Source: Pseudomonadota bacterium (lineage in GTDB: Bacteria; Pseudomonadota; Alphaproteobacteria; UBA2136; JAPKEQ01). From it: a DNA stretch of 64,000 nt. The stretch's first letter is position 1. The number at the start of each line of letters is the position of its first letter. This document shows positions 9,342 to 20,157 of the stretch, piece after piece. The position numbers and the translations under genes are program-made. The stretch is from contig JAYZXF010000003.1 in NCBI GenBank assembly GCA_036141575.1, positions 166,598 to 230,597 on the forward strand. The letters run 5' to 3'. Under the pieces are notes generated by a model. The model saw only the letters and a program-made list of their open reading frames with translations. It searched no databases and had not been told where the DNA came from.

Positions 9342-10781
9342 CTATTCCCCTTGCAGCACACTAAAACCATCTTCATCATCAAAAGTATAGAGATTCTCTA
9401 CCTTTACCCACTCTAGTCCGTTGTTTTCTAACTCACTTAGTAGTGCATTGATGTCCGAGCTTTTCGCCTTACCCCCTGTGGCACGAAAACGGCAGCGCCA
9501 TAAATCGCTCACAAGTTCAGTCTCGCATGGACCAGGGTAAACTTTTACACCGCGGCTTGACATTGCAGAGAATTTAAGTGCATCAGTTGAAGCACTTTCA
9601 ACCTTACCACCAATTTCACATGCATCTTGTCCGCGCCAATCGAGGTACACATCCACACCTACAAGCTCTTTATGACGCTTAGAGATTGTGCGCTGTGCGT
9701 GCGTTGGCATGTTGAAGTTACGCTCCATCTGCTCAACACATTTCAGTTCTTTGGGTTCTTTACCAAAACGCTCAATCACAGCATCTGCAAATTGCTCAGT
9801 TGTGAGTGCCTTAGATTTATCTTTTGCAATATCGCCAGTGTGTGCACCGTCTTCTAGGGCACATAGCCATGCATTTTCAACTTTAGTTGCAATATCGCTC
9901 TGACCAATATGGTGCAGCATCAAAATTGCACTGTTTAGAAGACCAGACGGGTTTGCAATGCCTTTACCAGCAATGTCTGGTGCACTTCCGTGTACCGCTT
10001 CAAACATCGCGCACTTTTGACCCATGTTAAATGAACCAGCAAGACCAACAGAGCCTGCAATTTGGCTTGCAATATCACTTACGATATCACCGTAAAGGTT
10101 CAGCGTTACAAGAACATCAAAATCTTCAGGGCGGTCAGCCACAAGTGCCATACCGATATCTACAATAATTGCGTTTGCTTCAATTTCTGGGTACTCAGCT
10201 GCAATCAGCTTAAACACTTTGTGGAAAAGACCATCAGAGATTTTCATGATGTTATCTTTAATCAGGCAAGTTACCTTTTTACGGCCATGCGCACGTGCGT
10301 ACTCAAATGCGTAACGAATAATAAGCTCACTACCAGAACGAGACAGAAGTTTCACACTGTGGCACGTGTCACGTGTTTGACGGTACTCAACACCAGAGTA
10401 TAGATCCTCTTCGTTTTCACGCACAATCACCATATCGATATCTTCGTGCTTACTGCCAACATATGGCTGGTACGTTTTTACCGGACGTACGTTTGCAAAT
10501 AAGCCAAGTGATTTACGGAGCGTTACGTTTACACTTTTGTAACCACCACCTTGTGGCGTTGTAATTGGCGCTTTAAGGAAAACTTTTGTACGTGCGATAG
10601 ATTCCCACGTCTCTTCACCAATACCGTTGTTAAAGCCAGAAAGAAACTTCTTCTCACCAATCGTTACATACTCAGGATCAATACGCGCACCCGCAGCTTC
10701 AATAATTTTCATTGTTGCTGCCATAATTTCTGGGCCGATACCGTCCCCTTCTGCAACTGTAATTGGTACTAGATTTGACAC
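9342..10781 (-). CDS. icd: Isocitrate dehydrogenase (NADP-type, isocitrate/isopropylmalate DH family) with a C-terminal extension
   Basis: ITVAEGDGIGPEI N-terminal motif and ...NLYGDIVSD... metal/substrate motif. Length 479 aa. Confidence 0.75.
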   Translation of the reverse strand: MSNLVPITVAEGDGIGPEIMAATMKIIEAAGARIDPEYVTIGEKKFLSGFNNGIGEETWESIARTKVFLKAPITTPQGGGYKSVNVTLRKSLGLFANVRPVKTYQPYVGSKHEDIDMVIVRENEEDLYSGVEYRQTRDTCHSVKLLSRSGSELIIRYAFEYARAHGRKKVTCLIKDNIMKISDGLFHKVFKLIAAEYPEIEANAIIVDIGMALVADRPEDFDVLVTLNLYGDIVSDIASQIAGSVGLAGSFNMGQKCAMFEAVHGSAPDIAGKGIANPSGLLNSAILMLHHIGQSDIATKVENAWLCALEDGAHTGDIAKDKSKALTTEQFADAVIERFGKEPKELKCVEQMERNFNMPTHAQRTISKRHKELVGVDVYLDWRGQDACEIGGKVESASTDALKFSAMSSRGVKVYPGPCETELVSDLWRCRFRATGGKAKSSDINALLSELENNGLEWVKVENLYTFDDEDGFSVLQGE

Positions 10782-12065
10782 TTATAGTCCCCCTTCATCT
10801 GACATGTTAAATTCCATAATCTCTAAACCTTCACGAATCCCCTTTAGGTCATCCCAACCATTACCTGTAGATTTTGAATCCTCATACTGCCCTTTCATTT
10901 GGCGGTACACTTCGTCCTCAATATCTTTTAGGTAAGCTTCTTCATCGTAAATGTAGTTTACAGGCTTTTTCGTCTTTTCAGCTTCTGCCGCTTTTTCTGT
11001 GCTATCAGCAGCTTGCAGAAGAATGTTTCTTAAACGATCTTCACGGCTTCCTGTTTCAACTGGTGTATTTTCGCGCACAGGATGCTGCTGCACAGCTGGT
11101 GCAATTTGCACATCTTCTGTACGTACAACAGTTTCACGCTGAATTGGTTTTTCCACCATGATAGGCTTACCAATCGGCTGACGCTCCAAGGCTTGGTCAT
11201 GATGCGCCCCTTCTCTCACCTGCATAATTTGCTCGGCAACGCTTTCAGTATGCGCTTCTACACCGCGTGCAAGATCACGAGATTCTGTAATTTCTACAGG
11301 CTGTACAGGGCGACGAATTTTATTAATAGCCTCTGCCGTATCTGGTGCTGCCGCCGGCGTTGTTGGTTGAAGCGCAGGACCAGGAATATCTGTCGCGTAC
11401 GGATCATGCTTTTCATTCAAATGTGTGTAATGCGTCAGTTCCATCTGCTTTTGTGGCACAGATTTAACAAGCTGACGGTAATGCCCTGGGTAATGGTACA
11501 CTGGACGTTGCTTTACACCATGGAAGCCAGCATAAGCTGGACGTTGACCAATAGGCCTTGTGTCTGTAATCACCATACGGTGTAGCCACTCACCACGGTC
11601 TTGCTCCTCTGTTGTGAGCACAACATTAAGCGGTCCGTATTGAATCTGTTTGTTTATGCGCTTAAAGAATGTTTGCTGAATACTTCCTGCAGCCTCTGGC
11701 GTTGCATAAAGGAGTGCTGAAAGAAGAAACTCATTTGCGATACGAATATCATCTTTAATGGTTGGACTGTCAGGACGTTCACGCCAAAGTACACGAACCT
11801 GATCCACTTCTTGCTGCGTTTGATTAACAAGCAACGTTGACGTATTCCAAGGGCCACCATGACACCCATAATCATACTGAACACGTGTTCCCACCTGCCC
11901 GCGGCTTTCCCACTTACATGGGGCATACTTACGCGTATGCTCTACATAAGATCTAAAATCACCAAGTGAGATCAGATCATTATAGTCAGGGTACATGTAA
12001 TGTGAGCCACAGCCAGATAGCGCTGCGCCCATAAGTCCAAGATATAAAGTATGTTTACGTATCAA
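10782..12065 (-). CDS. Hypothetical lipoprotein, 427 aa
   Basis: Lipobox LSGCGS and a Pro/Gln-rich central region. No recognisable family. Confidence 0.5.
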   Translation of the reverse strand: MIRKHTLYLGLMGAALSGCGSHYMYPDYNDLISLGDFRSYVEHTRKYAPCKWESRGQVGTRVQYDYGCHGGPWNTSTLLVNQTQQEVDQVRVLWRERPDSPTIKDDIRIANEFLLSALLYATPEAAGSIQQTFFKRINKQIQYGPLNVVLTTEEQDRGEWLHRMVITDTRPIGQRPAYAGFHGVKQRPVYHYPGHYRQLVKSVPQKQMELTHYTHLNEKHDPYATDIPGPALQPTTPAAAPDTAEAINKIRRPVQPVEITESRDLARGVEAHTESVAEQIMQVREGAHHDQALERQPIGKPIMVEKPIQRETVVRTEDVQIAPAVQQHPVRENTPVETGSREDRLRNILLQAADSTEKAAEAEKTKKPVNYIYDEEAYLKDIEDEVYRQMKGQYEDSKSTGNGWDDLKGIREGLEIMEFNMSDEGGL

Positions 12066-12132
12066 AAGAGCTCTATTCTTTTATTGTTATCGCCCAAAAG
12101 CATAAGCGAGGCCGAAGCCTCGCTCAAGTGTT

Positions 12133-14769
12133 TTATTGTGCTAGACAATCTCTCGCTGCATGAATTGCGGCTGTGAGATCACCGGATTTACCGCCAGCCA
12201 TCGCCATATCTGGGCGACCGCCACCTTTACCACCAACCGTTGCAGCAGCAGCATTTACCAGATCTCCTGCTTTTACTTTTTGAGTCAAGTCTTGTGTGAC
12301 ACCTGCAACAAATGTGGACTTGCCATCATTTTCAGTCGCAAGAACGACCACACCACTCCCAATACGGTTTTTAAGGTCATCAACCATTTCACGTAGAAGC
12401 GCCGGCTCAATAGAATCAAGCACAGAACTCACAAACTTCATGCCGCCAATATCTTCAGCAGATGATGTTAGGTCAGCGCCAGCATTACCGCCACCTTTCT
12501 TCGCTTCCTTAAGATCGGCTTCTAGCTTCTTTTTATCAGCTTGCAGTGCTGCAATACGCTCAGGCAGTTCACCTACAGATGTTTTGAGTGAGTCAGCCAT
12601 CTTCTTCATGTTTTGCTCGTAACCACGCAGAAGGTTAAATGCGCCCTCACCTGTTACAGCTTCTACGCGGCGTACACCTGCACTAATTGCACTTTCAGAT
12701 GTGAGCTTAAACAGACCAATATCACCTGTGCGCTTCACGTGAGTACCACCACACAGCTCAACAGATTCCATAACAGCCTCATCGCCCATAAACACAACAC
12801 GGACATCGTCGTCGTACTTTTCACCGAAGAGTGCCATAGCGCCCATTTCAACCGCTTTATCTTTATCCATCACACGTGTTTCTACCGGCAGGTTCGCACG
12901 AATCATACCGTTTACACGGTCTTCAATTTTTGTGATTTCCTCAGCTGTCATCGCTTTTGGTTGCGAGAAGTCAAAACGCAGACGGTCTTCACTTACAACA
13001 GAACCTTTCTGGAACACGTGATCACCAAGCGTCTCTTGTAGAGCTTTGTGCATCAAGTGCGTTGCAGAGTGGTTTGATACAATTGCTTTACGGCGTTCTG
13101 CATCAACGTTCATCAAAAGGTCAGTGCCTACAGAAAGAGAACCAGACTCAACAGTAATGCTATGGATGAACATACCGTCTAACACTTTCTGTGTATCTGT
13201 CACTTTCACAGAGCCGCCTTCAAATGTCACGACACCTGTGTCACCAACTTGACCACCAGACTCAGCGTAGAAAGGCGTTTGACCCACAACAAGGAAACCT
13301 TTATCGCCAGCATTCATTGTCTCTACTGATGCGTCATCCTTAACAAGTGCAACCACTTGAGACTCAGCTTCTGTCCCTGTGTAACCAAGGAACTCAGTCG
13401 CTTCAACCTTGTCTTTTAGCTCGTACCAAACATCAGCAAGGGCCGTTTGACCAGTTCCACCCATGCCAGCACTACGCGCACGCTCTTTTTGAGCCTGCAT
13501 AGAGTTTGCAAAACCTTCTTCATCAACCGTTACACCGCGAGATTTAAGCACATCCGCAGTTAGGTCCATTGGGAAGCCGTATGTATCATAAAGCTTAAAG
13601 GCTACTTCACCAGCAAGCGTGTCACCTTCTTTCAGGCCGTTACTTTCTTCATCAAGAATCTTTAGACCTTGAGACAGAGTTTTACTAAAACGATTCTCTT
13701 CAAGTTCAATTACATCCTTCGCCATTGGCGCCGCACGAGTCAGTTCAGGATAAGCCTCACCCATCACATCAACAAGTGTCGGTACAAGTTTGTTAATAAA
13801 TGGCTTATTTACACCAAGAAGATGACCATGACGCATAGCACGACGCATAATACGACGCAGTACGTAACCGCGGCCTTCGTTACTTGGCATCACACCATCC
13901 ACAAGCAGGAATGTCATGGCACGCAGGTGGTCTGCGAGCACACGCAGGCTTACATCGCTCTCTGTGTCCCGCCCATATGTGACACCTGAAAGCTGACCAG
14001 CTTTTTGGATGATAGATTGGAAAATATCAGTGTCGTAGTTACTCTTTACGCCCTGTGCCACACACATCAGACGCTCAAGACCGGCACCAGTATCAATGTT
14101 CTTCATCGCAAGTGGAAGCTTGTCACCATTCGGCTGAAGATCAAACTGTGTGAAAACAAGGTTCCAGATTTCCATAAAACGGTCGCCGTCTTCATCTGGC
14201 GTACCCGGGCGGTCTCCTGGTACATCTGCGCCAAGGTCGTAAAACACCTCGGTACATGGGCCACACGGTCCTGTATCCCCCATTGTCCAGAAGTTATCTG
14301 ATGTAGCAATGCGAATAATATCTTTATCAGCCACACCAATCTTCTTGTTCCAAATGTCAAACGCTTCATCATCATCGTGATAAATCGTTACGCACATTTT
14401 AGATGGATCTAGGTTCAGGCGCTCTGTAAGAAGCTGCCATGCCCAAGTGATAGACTCTTCTTTAAAGTAGTCTCCAAATGAGAAGTTACCTAGCATTTCA
14501 AAGAATGTGTGGTGACGGGCTGTATGCCCTACGTTTTCTAGGTCATTGTGCTTACCACCGGCACGCACACAACGTTGAGAGCTGGCGGCTCGTGTGTATC
14601 CGCGTTTTTCGACACCAGTAAACATGTTTTTAAACTGAACCATTCCTGAGTTTGTGAACATCAGGGTTGGGTCGTTACTGGGTACAAGTGAACTACTTGG
14701 AACAATTTCATGTCCCTGCTCTTCAAAGAATTTCAAGAATTCTCTACGGATATCTGCACCTGTCTGCAT
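12133..14769 (-). CDS. alaS: Alanyl-tRNA synthetase
   Basis: Length 878 aa, class II core, editing-domain HxxxH...CGGTH motif and a C-terminal DHHA1-like region. Confidence 0.95.
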   Translation of the reverse strand: MQTGADIRREFLKFFEEQGHEIVPSSSLVPSNDPTLMFTNSGMVQFKNMFTGVEKRGYTRAASSQRCVRAGGKHNDLENVGHTARHHTFFEMLGNFSFGDYFKEESITWAWQLLTERLNLDPSKMCVTIYHDDDEAFDIWNKKIGVADKDIIRIATSDNFWTMGDTGPCGPCTEVFYDLGADVPGDRPGTPDEDGDRFMEIWNLVFTQFDLQPNGDKLPLAMKNIDTGAGLERLMCVAQGVKSNYDTDIFQSIIQKAGQLSGVTYGRDTESDVSLRVLADHLRAMTFLLVDGVMPSNEGRGYVLRRIMRRAMRHGHLLGVNKPFINKLVPTLVDVMGEAYPELTRAAPMAKDVIELEENRFSKTLSQGLKILDEESNGLKEGDTLAGEVAFKLYDTYGFPMDLTADVLKSRGVTVDEEGFANSMQAQKERARSAGMGGTGQTALADVWYELKDKVEATEFLGYTGTEAESQVVALVKDDASVETMNAGDKGFLVVGQTPFYAESGGQVGDTGVVTFEGGSVKVTDTQKVLDGMFIHSITVESGSLSVGTDLLMNVDAERRKAIVSNHSATHLMHKALQETLGDHVFQKGSVVSEDRLRFDFSQPKAMTAEEITKIEDRVNGMIRANLPVETRVMDKDKAVEMGAMALFGEKYDDDVRVVFMGDEAVMESVELCGGTHVKRTGDIGLFKLTSESAISAGVRRVEAVTGEGAFNLLRGYEQNMKKMADSLKTSVGELPERIAALQADKKKLEADLKEAKKGGGNAGADLTSSAEDIGGMKFVSSVLDSIEPALLREMVDDLKNRIGSGVVVLATENDGKSTFVAGVTQDLTQKVKAGDLVNAAAATVGGKGGGRPDMAMAGGKSGDLTAAIHAARDCLAQ

Positions 14770-14836
14770 GACCTATACTCTTTTCATTTATGATTTTAGT
14801 TAATCACTGTACAAGGGAATTGAAACAGATAAACAC

Positions 14837-17209
14837 CTATCTCGGCGCGCCAAGCCAGCAAATGTTTTCAGCGCCATCCGTTCCGATAGGTGTTTGTGGA
14901 AGACAAAGTGTAAACGTTGTCCCTTCCCCAACAGTAGAGGAAACTTTAACATAGCCGCCCATATTCGCAACTGCTTTCTGCACAAATGCAAGGCCCATCC
15001 CACTTCCTTCGCCAAATTCACTATCACGAGACTGCAAGCGCTTAAAGGGCTGAAAGGCTGTTTCAATATGTTCTTCTGGAATCCCTACACCGTTATCAGA
15101 AACAGTAATTAAATGCACGCCCACCTCTTCTTTATGCTTAACAACAACTTCAGGTGTTTCATTTAGGTTATATTTCAAACCATTCGTAATAAGGTTGCGC
15201 AGTACCAAATCCATTAGAACCGCATAAGAAGTAATCTCTTTTTGACCTTCAAATTTAATTGAAGCGTTGTTCTCAATCATAGAGCGTTGATTATCAAGAC
15301 GGATATTCCAAACAACCTCTTCAAGGTCTAAGAGTTTAATAGAGTCTTCCATACGCCCGATTTTTGCGTAATCAAACAAACCAGAAAGAATGCCCTCCAT
15401 ACGCTTTGTCATCTTCATGATTGAATCTAAGCGGTCCATACCTGCATCATCAAGCTCGTCTTCATAGTCCTCTTTCATAAATTGAGAGAAGTTATAAATG
15501 CCTCGAAGCGGCTCTCGAAGGTCATGAGAAGCGACACGAGCAAAGTTCTCAAGCTCTTCATTTGAGCGTTTCAATTCAAGATTATAGCGCTCTAAGTTTT
15601 TCTCGTACTCAATGCGAAGGCTTACATCCCGAAGAATCGCGGAATACAAAGCATTGTCTTGTCCACGATTATAAATCTCACTCAAAGTGACTTCCATTGG
15701 CACATGTGTTCCATTCTTGCTCAACCCCGTTACATCTCGCGCAGTGCCAATCATTTCCTTTTCACCCGTTTCAAAATATGCCTGAATGCGCTCTGCCATG
15801 TATTTTGCATCTTTCGGCGTCAACATTGTCATCACGCTTTCACCAATCGCCTCAACGGCCTTAAAGCCAAACATGCGCTCAGCAGCTCTGTTGAATGACT
15901 TAATATTCCCAAACCCATCAACGGTAATAATACCGTCTTCTGCAGTATCAAGAATGGCGTGAAGTTGCGCGCTCATTTCAATCATTTGAGTTTCATATTG
16001 ATGACGTGCATTAATATCTTGAATCTGTGAAATAAAGAACATTGGGTTTCCAGTATCATCTCGCACAATGGCAACAGATAAATGTCCCCAAATCACTTCA
16101 CCACCTTTTCTAATGTAGCGCTTTTCCATGCTGTATTTATCACGTTTACCTGTAATGCAATCATTCACAAGTTTCAGATCAAGCTCAAGATCCTCAGAGT
16201 AAGTGAGCTGCTGGAAATCCATATCCATGAACTCTTTTTCATCATAGTCAAACATCTGACAAAGAGACTTGTTCACTTTAAGCCATCGACCATTCAAATC
16301 TACTATGGCCATACCATGAGCAGCACCCTCAAGGGCTTGCTGAAACATCTCTTGAGATTTTTGAAGTTCCTTCTCTCTTTCCATTTCTTGAATATAAAAA
16401 GAAATTCTCTCTCTTAAGAGTTTAATAAATTTGATTTCGTGATCAGAGAAATCCTTCTTTCTTTTATTATCAGAAGAAAAGCCAAGCGTACCATAAAGTT
16501 TTTCGCCATTATAAATAGGAATACCGATATAGCATGCAAGCCCTACCTTGCAACCATCAATAAACACAGTCCCTTCTGTATCGTGTTCATGCACAAGGCG
16601 TTCACGTTTCAGAACTGTTCCACAAAATGTATCGCCATGAGGGAAAATAGCACCTGGAGCTACCCCATCACTATGTGCAAAGCGCACTTCACACTCATCA
16701 TTTTCTGTCTTTGTCACAAAAGCATGCATGGTTCCAAAATATGTATTCCCAATTTCTAAAAGCTTATTCATTTTCTCATGCATTGGCTTGTTGGCTGAAG
16801 TAATGGCCGCCACATCATCCATGGCAAGGGCATACTTTTTCGCTTCCGTAATATCTCGACCAACACATAACAGATAAATATTACCCTCAAACTCAAAACG
16901 TGTTTTTTGAACGCTGTAATAAAGAAGCTCTCCTGTCTTTGGACTGTGCAGCCCTACATCCGAACGCTCATGACCTGCAATAAATGAAGCTTCGTCTTTT
17001 GCAATAAACCGCTCTTGCTCTTCTTCGGAGTAAGCGTCAAATGTTGTCTGACCAATAACAGACTTTGCTCCGCCTTCATGCAATGCGAAGAAAGCTTCAT
17101 TCGCATCGACAATAATACTGTTTTTATCCTTAATAAAGATCAGATCTTCTGTTGCATCTAGAACAGCACGCCAGTACGGATGTTCACGGAGAGGAGAATT
17201 TTTCGGCAT
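14837..17209 (-). CDS. Multi-sensor hybrid-type histidine kinase (PAS-GAF-PAS/PAC-HisKA-HATPase_c)
   Basis: H-box ARVASHDLREPLRGI plus N, G1 and G2 boxes (DNGVGIPEE, GSGMGLA). PAS/PAC and GAF segments are present. Length 790 aa. Confidence 0.85.
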   Translation of the reverse strand: MPKNSPLREHPYWRAVLDATEDLIFIKDKNSIIVDANEAFFALHEGGAKSVIGQTTFDAYSEEEQERFIAKDEASFIAGHERSDVGLHSPKTGELLYYSVQKTRFEFEGNIYLLCVGRDITEAKKYALAMDDVAAITSANKPMHEKMNKLLEIGNTYFGTMHAFVTKTENDECEVRFAHSDGVAPGAIFPHGDTFCGTVLKRERLVHEHDTEGTVFIDGCKVGLACYIGIPIYNGEKLYGTLGFSSDNKRKKDFSDHEIKFIKLLRERISFYIQEMEREKELQKSQEMFQQALEGAAHGMAIVDLNGRWLKVNKSLCQMFDYDEKEFMDMDFQQLTYSEDLELDLKLVNDCITGKRDKYSMEKRYIRKGGEVIWGHLSVAIVRDDTGNPMFFISQIQDINARHQYETQMIEMSAQLHAILDTAEDGIITVDGFGNIKSFNRAAERMFGFKAVEAIGESVMTMLTPKDAKYMAERIQAYFETGEKEMIGTARDVTGLSKNGTHVPMEVTLSEIYNRGQDNALYSAILRDVSLRIEYEKNLERYNLELKRSNEELENFARVASHDLREPLRGIYNFSQFMKEDYEDELDDAGMDRLDSIMKMTKRMEGILSGLFDYAKIGRMEDSIKLLDLEEVVWNIRLDNQRSMIENNASIKFEGQKEITSYAVLMDLVLRNLITNGLKYNLNETPEVVVKHKEEVGVHLITVSDNGVGIPEEHIETAFQPFKRLQSRDSEFGEGSGMGLAFVQKAVANMGGYVKVSSTVGEGTTFTLCLPQTPIGTDGAENICWLGAPR

Positions 17210-17261
17210 TATTTTTATAGTCTAATTTTATTTTCTACTGCTGGTAGTCTATACTATTTCC

Positions 17262-17654
17262 ATGATGACACAAAATCACTGGAACAATAGACAATACGTT
17301 TTGATGCATGATGACCATGCATGCGCTGCCAATTGGTCACAACAGACATCTCTAGAACATCTGATATTCCCTCTCTCAGGGCCAGATTTAACTCTTTTAA
17401 CAGCTGATGCGATTCTTATTCTCGTTGAGCCTAGCAAAGATCAGGTTGAAAGTATTATAAAAAAATGCCCTCACAACCCTTTGTTTGTGATAGGCGAAAA
17501 TGCACAGTATGCCTCTCACCGTATTTGGGCCAAATTGCCTAAAGCATTTTTAGACGGTGATGAGTACCTTAATAAAACCTTCCTCCCATTATGGAGAGAC
17601 GGCGTTCTTATGCCATCAGACGATGTAGGAGCATTCAAAAGTGCCAAGTTTTAA
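17262..17654 (+). CDS. Hypothetical protein, 130 aa, overlapping the response regulator start
   Basis: ORF diverges from the kinase gene and overlaps the next gene by 14 nt. No recognisable family. Confidence 0.4.
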   Translation: MMTQNHWNNRQYVLMHDDHACAANWSQQTSLEHLIFPLSGPDLTLLTADAILILVEPSKDQVESIIKKCPHNPLFVIGENAQYASHRIWAKLPKAFLDGDEYLNKTFLPLWRDGVLMPSDDVGAFKSAKF

Positions 17655-18042
17655 CGTATGGATTGTTGATGATAACCCAGACGACATTGAGCGTATTACA
17701 AGGTCTTGCCGCAAGACTGATTGCCAACCTGAATTCACAGTATTTGAAGATGCTCATGAATTTTATGAAGGCCTTAAGAATATTAAAGAGCGCCCAGACC
17801 TGCTTCTGCTTGACTACGATATGCCGGGAGATAACGGCGACCAAGTTCTTATGAAACTGAATGAACTTGGTGAAACATCTTTCCCAGTCACAATGATGAC
17901 AGGCCGTCTAGTAGATACAACACATACAGAGTGCTACAAGCTTGGTGCGCGCGGCTTTATGTTTAAATCATTTGACTATGACGTCTTCAAAAAGGACGTG
18001 ATTGCCCTCTTCACATTTTGGTATTCCACACTAGAGGCATAA
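17641..18042 (+). CDS. Single-domain response regulator (REC only)
   Basis: VWIVDDNPDD ... LLLLDYDMPGDNG ... conserved Lys region. Length 133 aa. Confidence 0.75.
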   Translation: MPSFNVWIVDDNPDDIERITRSCRKTDCQPEFTVFEDAHEFYEGLKNIKERPDLLLLDYDMPGDNGDQVLMKLNELGETSFPVTMMTGRLVDTTHTECYKLGARGFMFKSFDYDVFKKDVIALFTFWYSTLEA

Positions 18043-18052
18043 ATTTAAAGCA

Positions 18053-18083
18053 TTAAAAAAGCCCGCTATAGCGGGCTTTTTAT
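18053..18083 (+). terminator. Rho-independent terminator
   Basis: aaaaaagcccgcTATAgcgggcttttta. Confidence 0.7.
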
Positions 18084-18134
18084 ACATAATGAAATCTTTA
18101 AAGAATGTTTTTGCCACTTACCACTTCTTATCAA

Positions 18135-18256
18135 ATTCGCTGTGAGTCAGCGAAAATAACTTTTGAGCGAAGCGTACAAGCTGATGTGTATTGATAATAC
18201 ATGAAGCTAAGCACTGGAGTTCAAAATTATTTGCAGCCACTCACAGTAGAATTTTA
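18135..18256. repeat. ~122-nt structured element, copy B; ends in the lpdA TAA stop
   Basis: ttcgctgTGAGTcagcgaaaat hairpin, core gatgtgtattgataatacatga hairpin, tttgcag, agtagaatttta. Confidence 0.6.
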
Positions 18257-19657
18257 AGCGTTTAAAGCGCGTCCCATACTATCAAGTACAGATTCACCAA
18301 GCATCTCACTGAGAGTTGGGTGCGGCAAGCAAGCTGCCACAAACTCTTCTTCAGTCGTTTCAAGATGGCGACCAATCACAAATGTACTAATCATCTCTGT
18401 TGCTTCGGCACCAATAATGTGGGCCCCAAGAAGTTCACCTGTCTCCTCATCAAAGACAGTTTTTACAAGGCCTTCGCTCTCACCAATGGCAAGTGCTTTA
18501 CCATTTGCTTGGTAATTATAGCGGCCAACTTTAACCTTGTAGCCTTCTTCTTTGGCTTTTTCTTCTGTAAAGCCAACGCTACCAATTTGCGGTGTGCAAT
18601 ATGTACAGCCCGGAATGTTTGTGTAGTCCATTGTATGCACATGGTTCAAACCTGAAATATGTTCAGCAGCAATGACACCTTCATGAGATGCAACGTGCGC
18701 AAGCCAAGGCGCGCCAACAACATCACCAATTGCATAAATGCCGTTTTGCGTTGTGCGGTAGAATTCATCAACTGTAATGTCACCACGCTCATTCATACCC
18801 ACGCCAACATCCTCAAGGCCAAGGCCTTCACTGTTTGCCTGAACACCAATCGCAAGCAGGACTTTTTCAAATTTTTGTTTTTTAACACTACCCCTAATCT
18901 CTAGGGCAGCCTCTGCATCTTTCTTTGAAACCTTCAGAGATTTTGTCATTGTTTCAGTCAGAATTTCAATGCCCTGCTTCTTCAGAGATTTTTCTAGGCT
19001 CTTAGAAATTTCAGCATCTTCAGCTGGCGTAATGCGGTTTTGCGCTTCAACAATTGTTACCTTTGTACCAAACGCATTGTAGAAACTTGCAAACTCAACA
19101 CCAATGGCACCAGCACCAATCACAAGCAGGCTCTTTGGCAGCTTCTCAGGAACCATTGCCTCTTTCGCTGTCCAAACAGTATTGCCATCTGCCTCTAGCA
19201 CACCCGGAATCTGACGCGCACGCGCACCTGTTGCTACAATTGCGTTTGTGAAGGTCACGCTTGAAGTTTTGCCTTTTTTATCAGTCACATCCAGTGTGTT
19301 TTTAGATGAGAACTTAGCCGTTCCTTCAATCACTTCAATCTTATTTTTCTTCATCAGGAAACCAACACCACCAGATAGGCCACCTGCTACGTCACGGCTA
19401 CGGCTAATCAGTTTCTTCACATCTACATCAACACCTTTAACTTTAAAGCCAAAGTCACTTGCGTGAGACATTGCTGTGTAAAGCTCAGATGCTTTAAGAA
19501 GTGCTTTTGTTGGAATGCAACCCCAGTTTAGGCATACGCCACCAAGGTGCTCTTTTTCAACCACAGCTACACGTTTTCCAAGTTGCGACGCACGAATCGC
19601 AGCTGTGTAACCACCAGGGCCACCACCAACTACAACAACATCAAATTCTTTAGACAT
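18254..19657 (-). CDS. lpdA: Dihydrolipoyl dehydrogenase (E3)
   Basis: GGGPGGY FAD motif, redox-active CLNWGCIPTK, second Rossmann fold and interface domain HPTLSE. Length 467 aa. Confidence 0.9.
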   Translation of the reverse strand: MSKEFDVVVVGGGPGGYTAAIRASQLGKRVAVVEKEHLGGVCLNWGCIPTKALLKASELYTAMSHASDFGFKVKGVDVDVKKLISRSRDVAGGLSGGVGFLMKKNKIEVIEGTAKFSSKNTLDVTDKKGKTSSVTFTNAIVATGARARQIPGVLEADGNTVWTAKEAMVPEKLPKSLLVIGAGAIGVEFASFYNAFGTKVTIVEAQNRITPAEDAEISKSLEKSLKKQGIEILTETMTKSLKVSKKDAEAALEIRGSVKKQKFEKVLLAIGVQANSEGLGLEDVGVGMNERGDITVDEFYRTTQNGIYAIGDVVGAPWLAHVASHEGVIAAEHISGLNHVHTMDYTNIPGCTYCTPQIGSVGFTEEKAKEEGYKVKVGRYNYQANGKALAIGESEGLVKTVFDEETGELLGAHIIGAEATEMISTFVIGRHLETTEEEFVAACLPHPTLSEMLGESVLDSMGRALNA

Positions 19658-19662
19658 GGTAT

Positions 19663-20151
19663 TTATCCTTTATTTTTATTTTGCTGATAGACAGCATATG
19701 AATCTCTAAAACCACGCATCACAACAAACGGGGTTTTTTCCATTAAAAAATCAACTTCATCTTCACTGAGCTTAAAGATACGCTCAACTTCTTCAGCGTT
19801 TGGCTGTGGAAGTACACCATCATAAACTGCGCGGAATACGGCACATTGCCCATAATCGCCCCAGTAATCAAAAGCAAACTCAACAGGCATATCAAGATTG
19901 AGCTCTTCCTGAAGCTCGCGGTGCGCCGCTTCATCAAAGCTTTCACCAGCTGCCACTTGGCCACCAACCGCACATTCAATTAAGTTTGGTCGAAAGCTTT
20001 TATGACGTGAACGCTGCTGCAAGATCCAATTACCGCTTGAATCAAATAAGTACACATGAATCCAGCGTGTGAAATGTCCTTTAGCTTCACTGCGAAGGCA
20101 AGTCCGTATCACCTGCCCCGTTTCATCAATCACATCAACCTTTTCGCTCAC
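19663..20151 (-). CDS. NUDIX hydrolase
   Basis: Nudix box GGQVAAGESFDEAAHRELQEELNL. Length 162 aa. Confidence 0.75.
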   Translation of the reverse strand: MSEKVDVIDETGQVIRTCLRSEAKGHFTRWIHVYLFDSSGNWILQQRSRHKSFRPNLIECAVGGQVAAGESFDEAAHRELQEELNLDMPVEFAFDYWGDYGQCAVFRAVYDGVLPQPNAEEVERIFKLSEDEVDFLMEKTPFVVMRGFRDSYAVYQQNKNKG

Positions 20152-20157
20152 AAAAAC

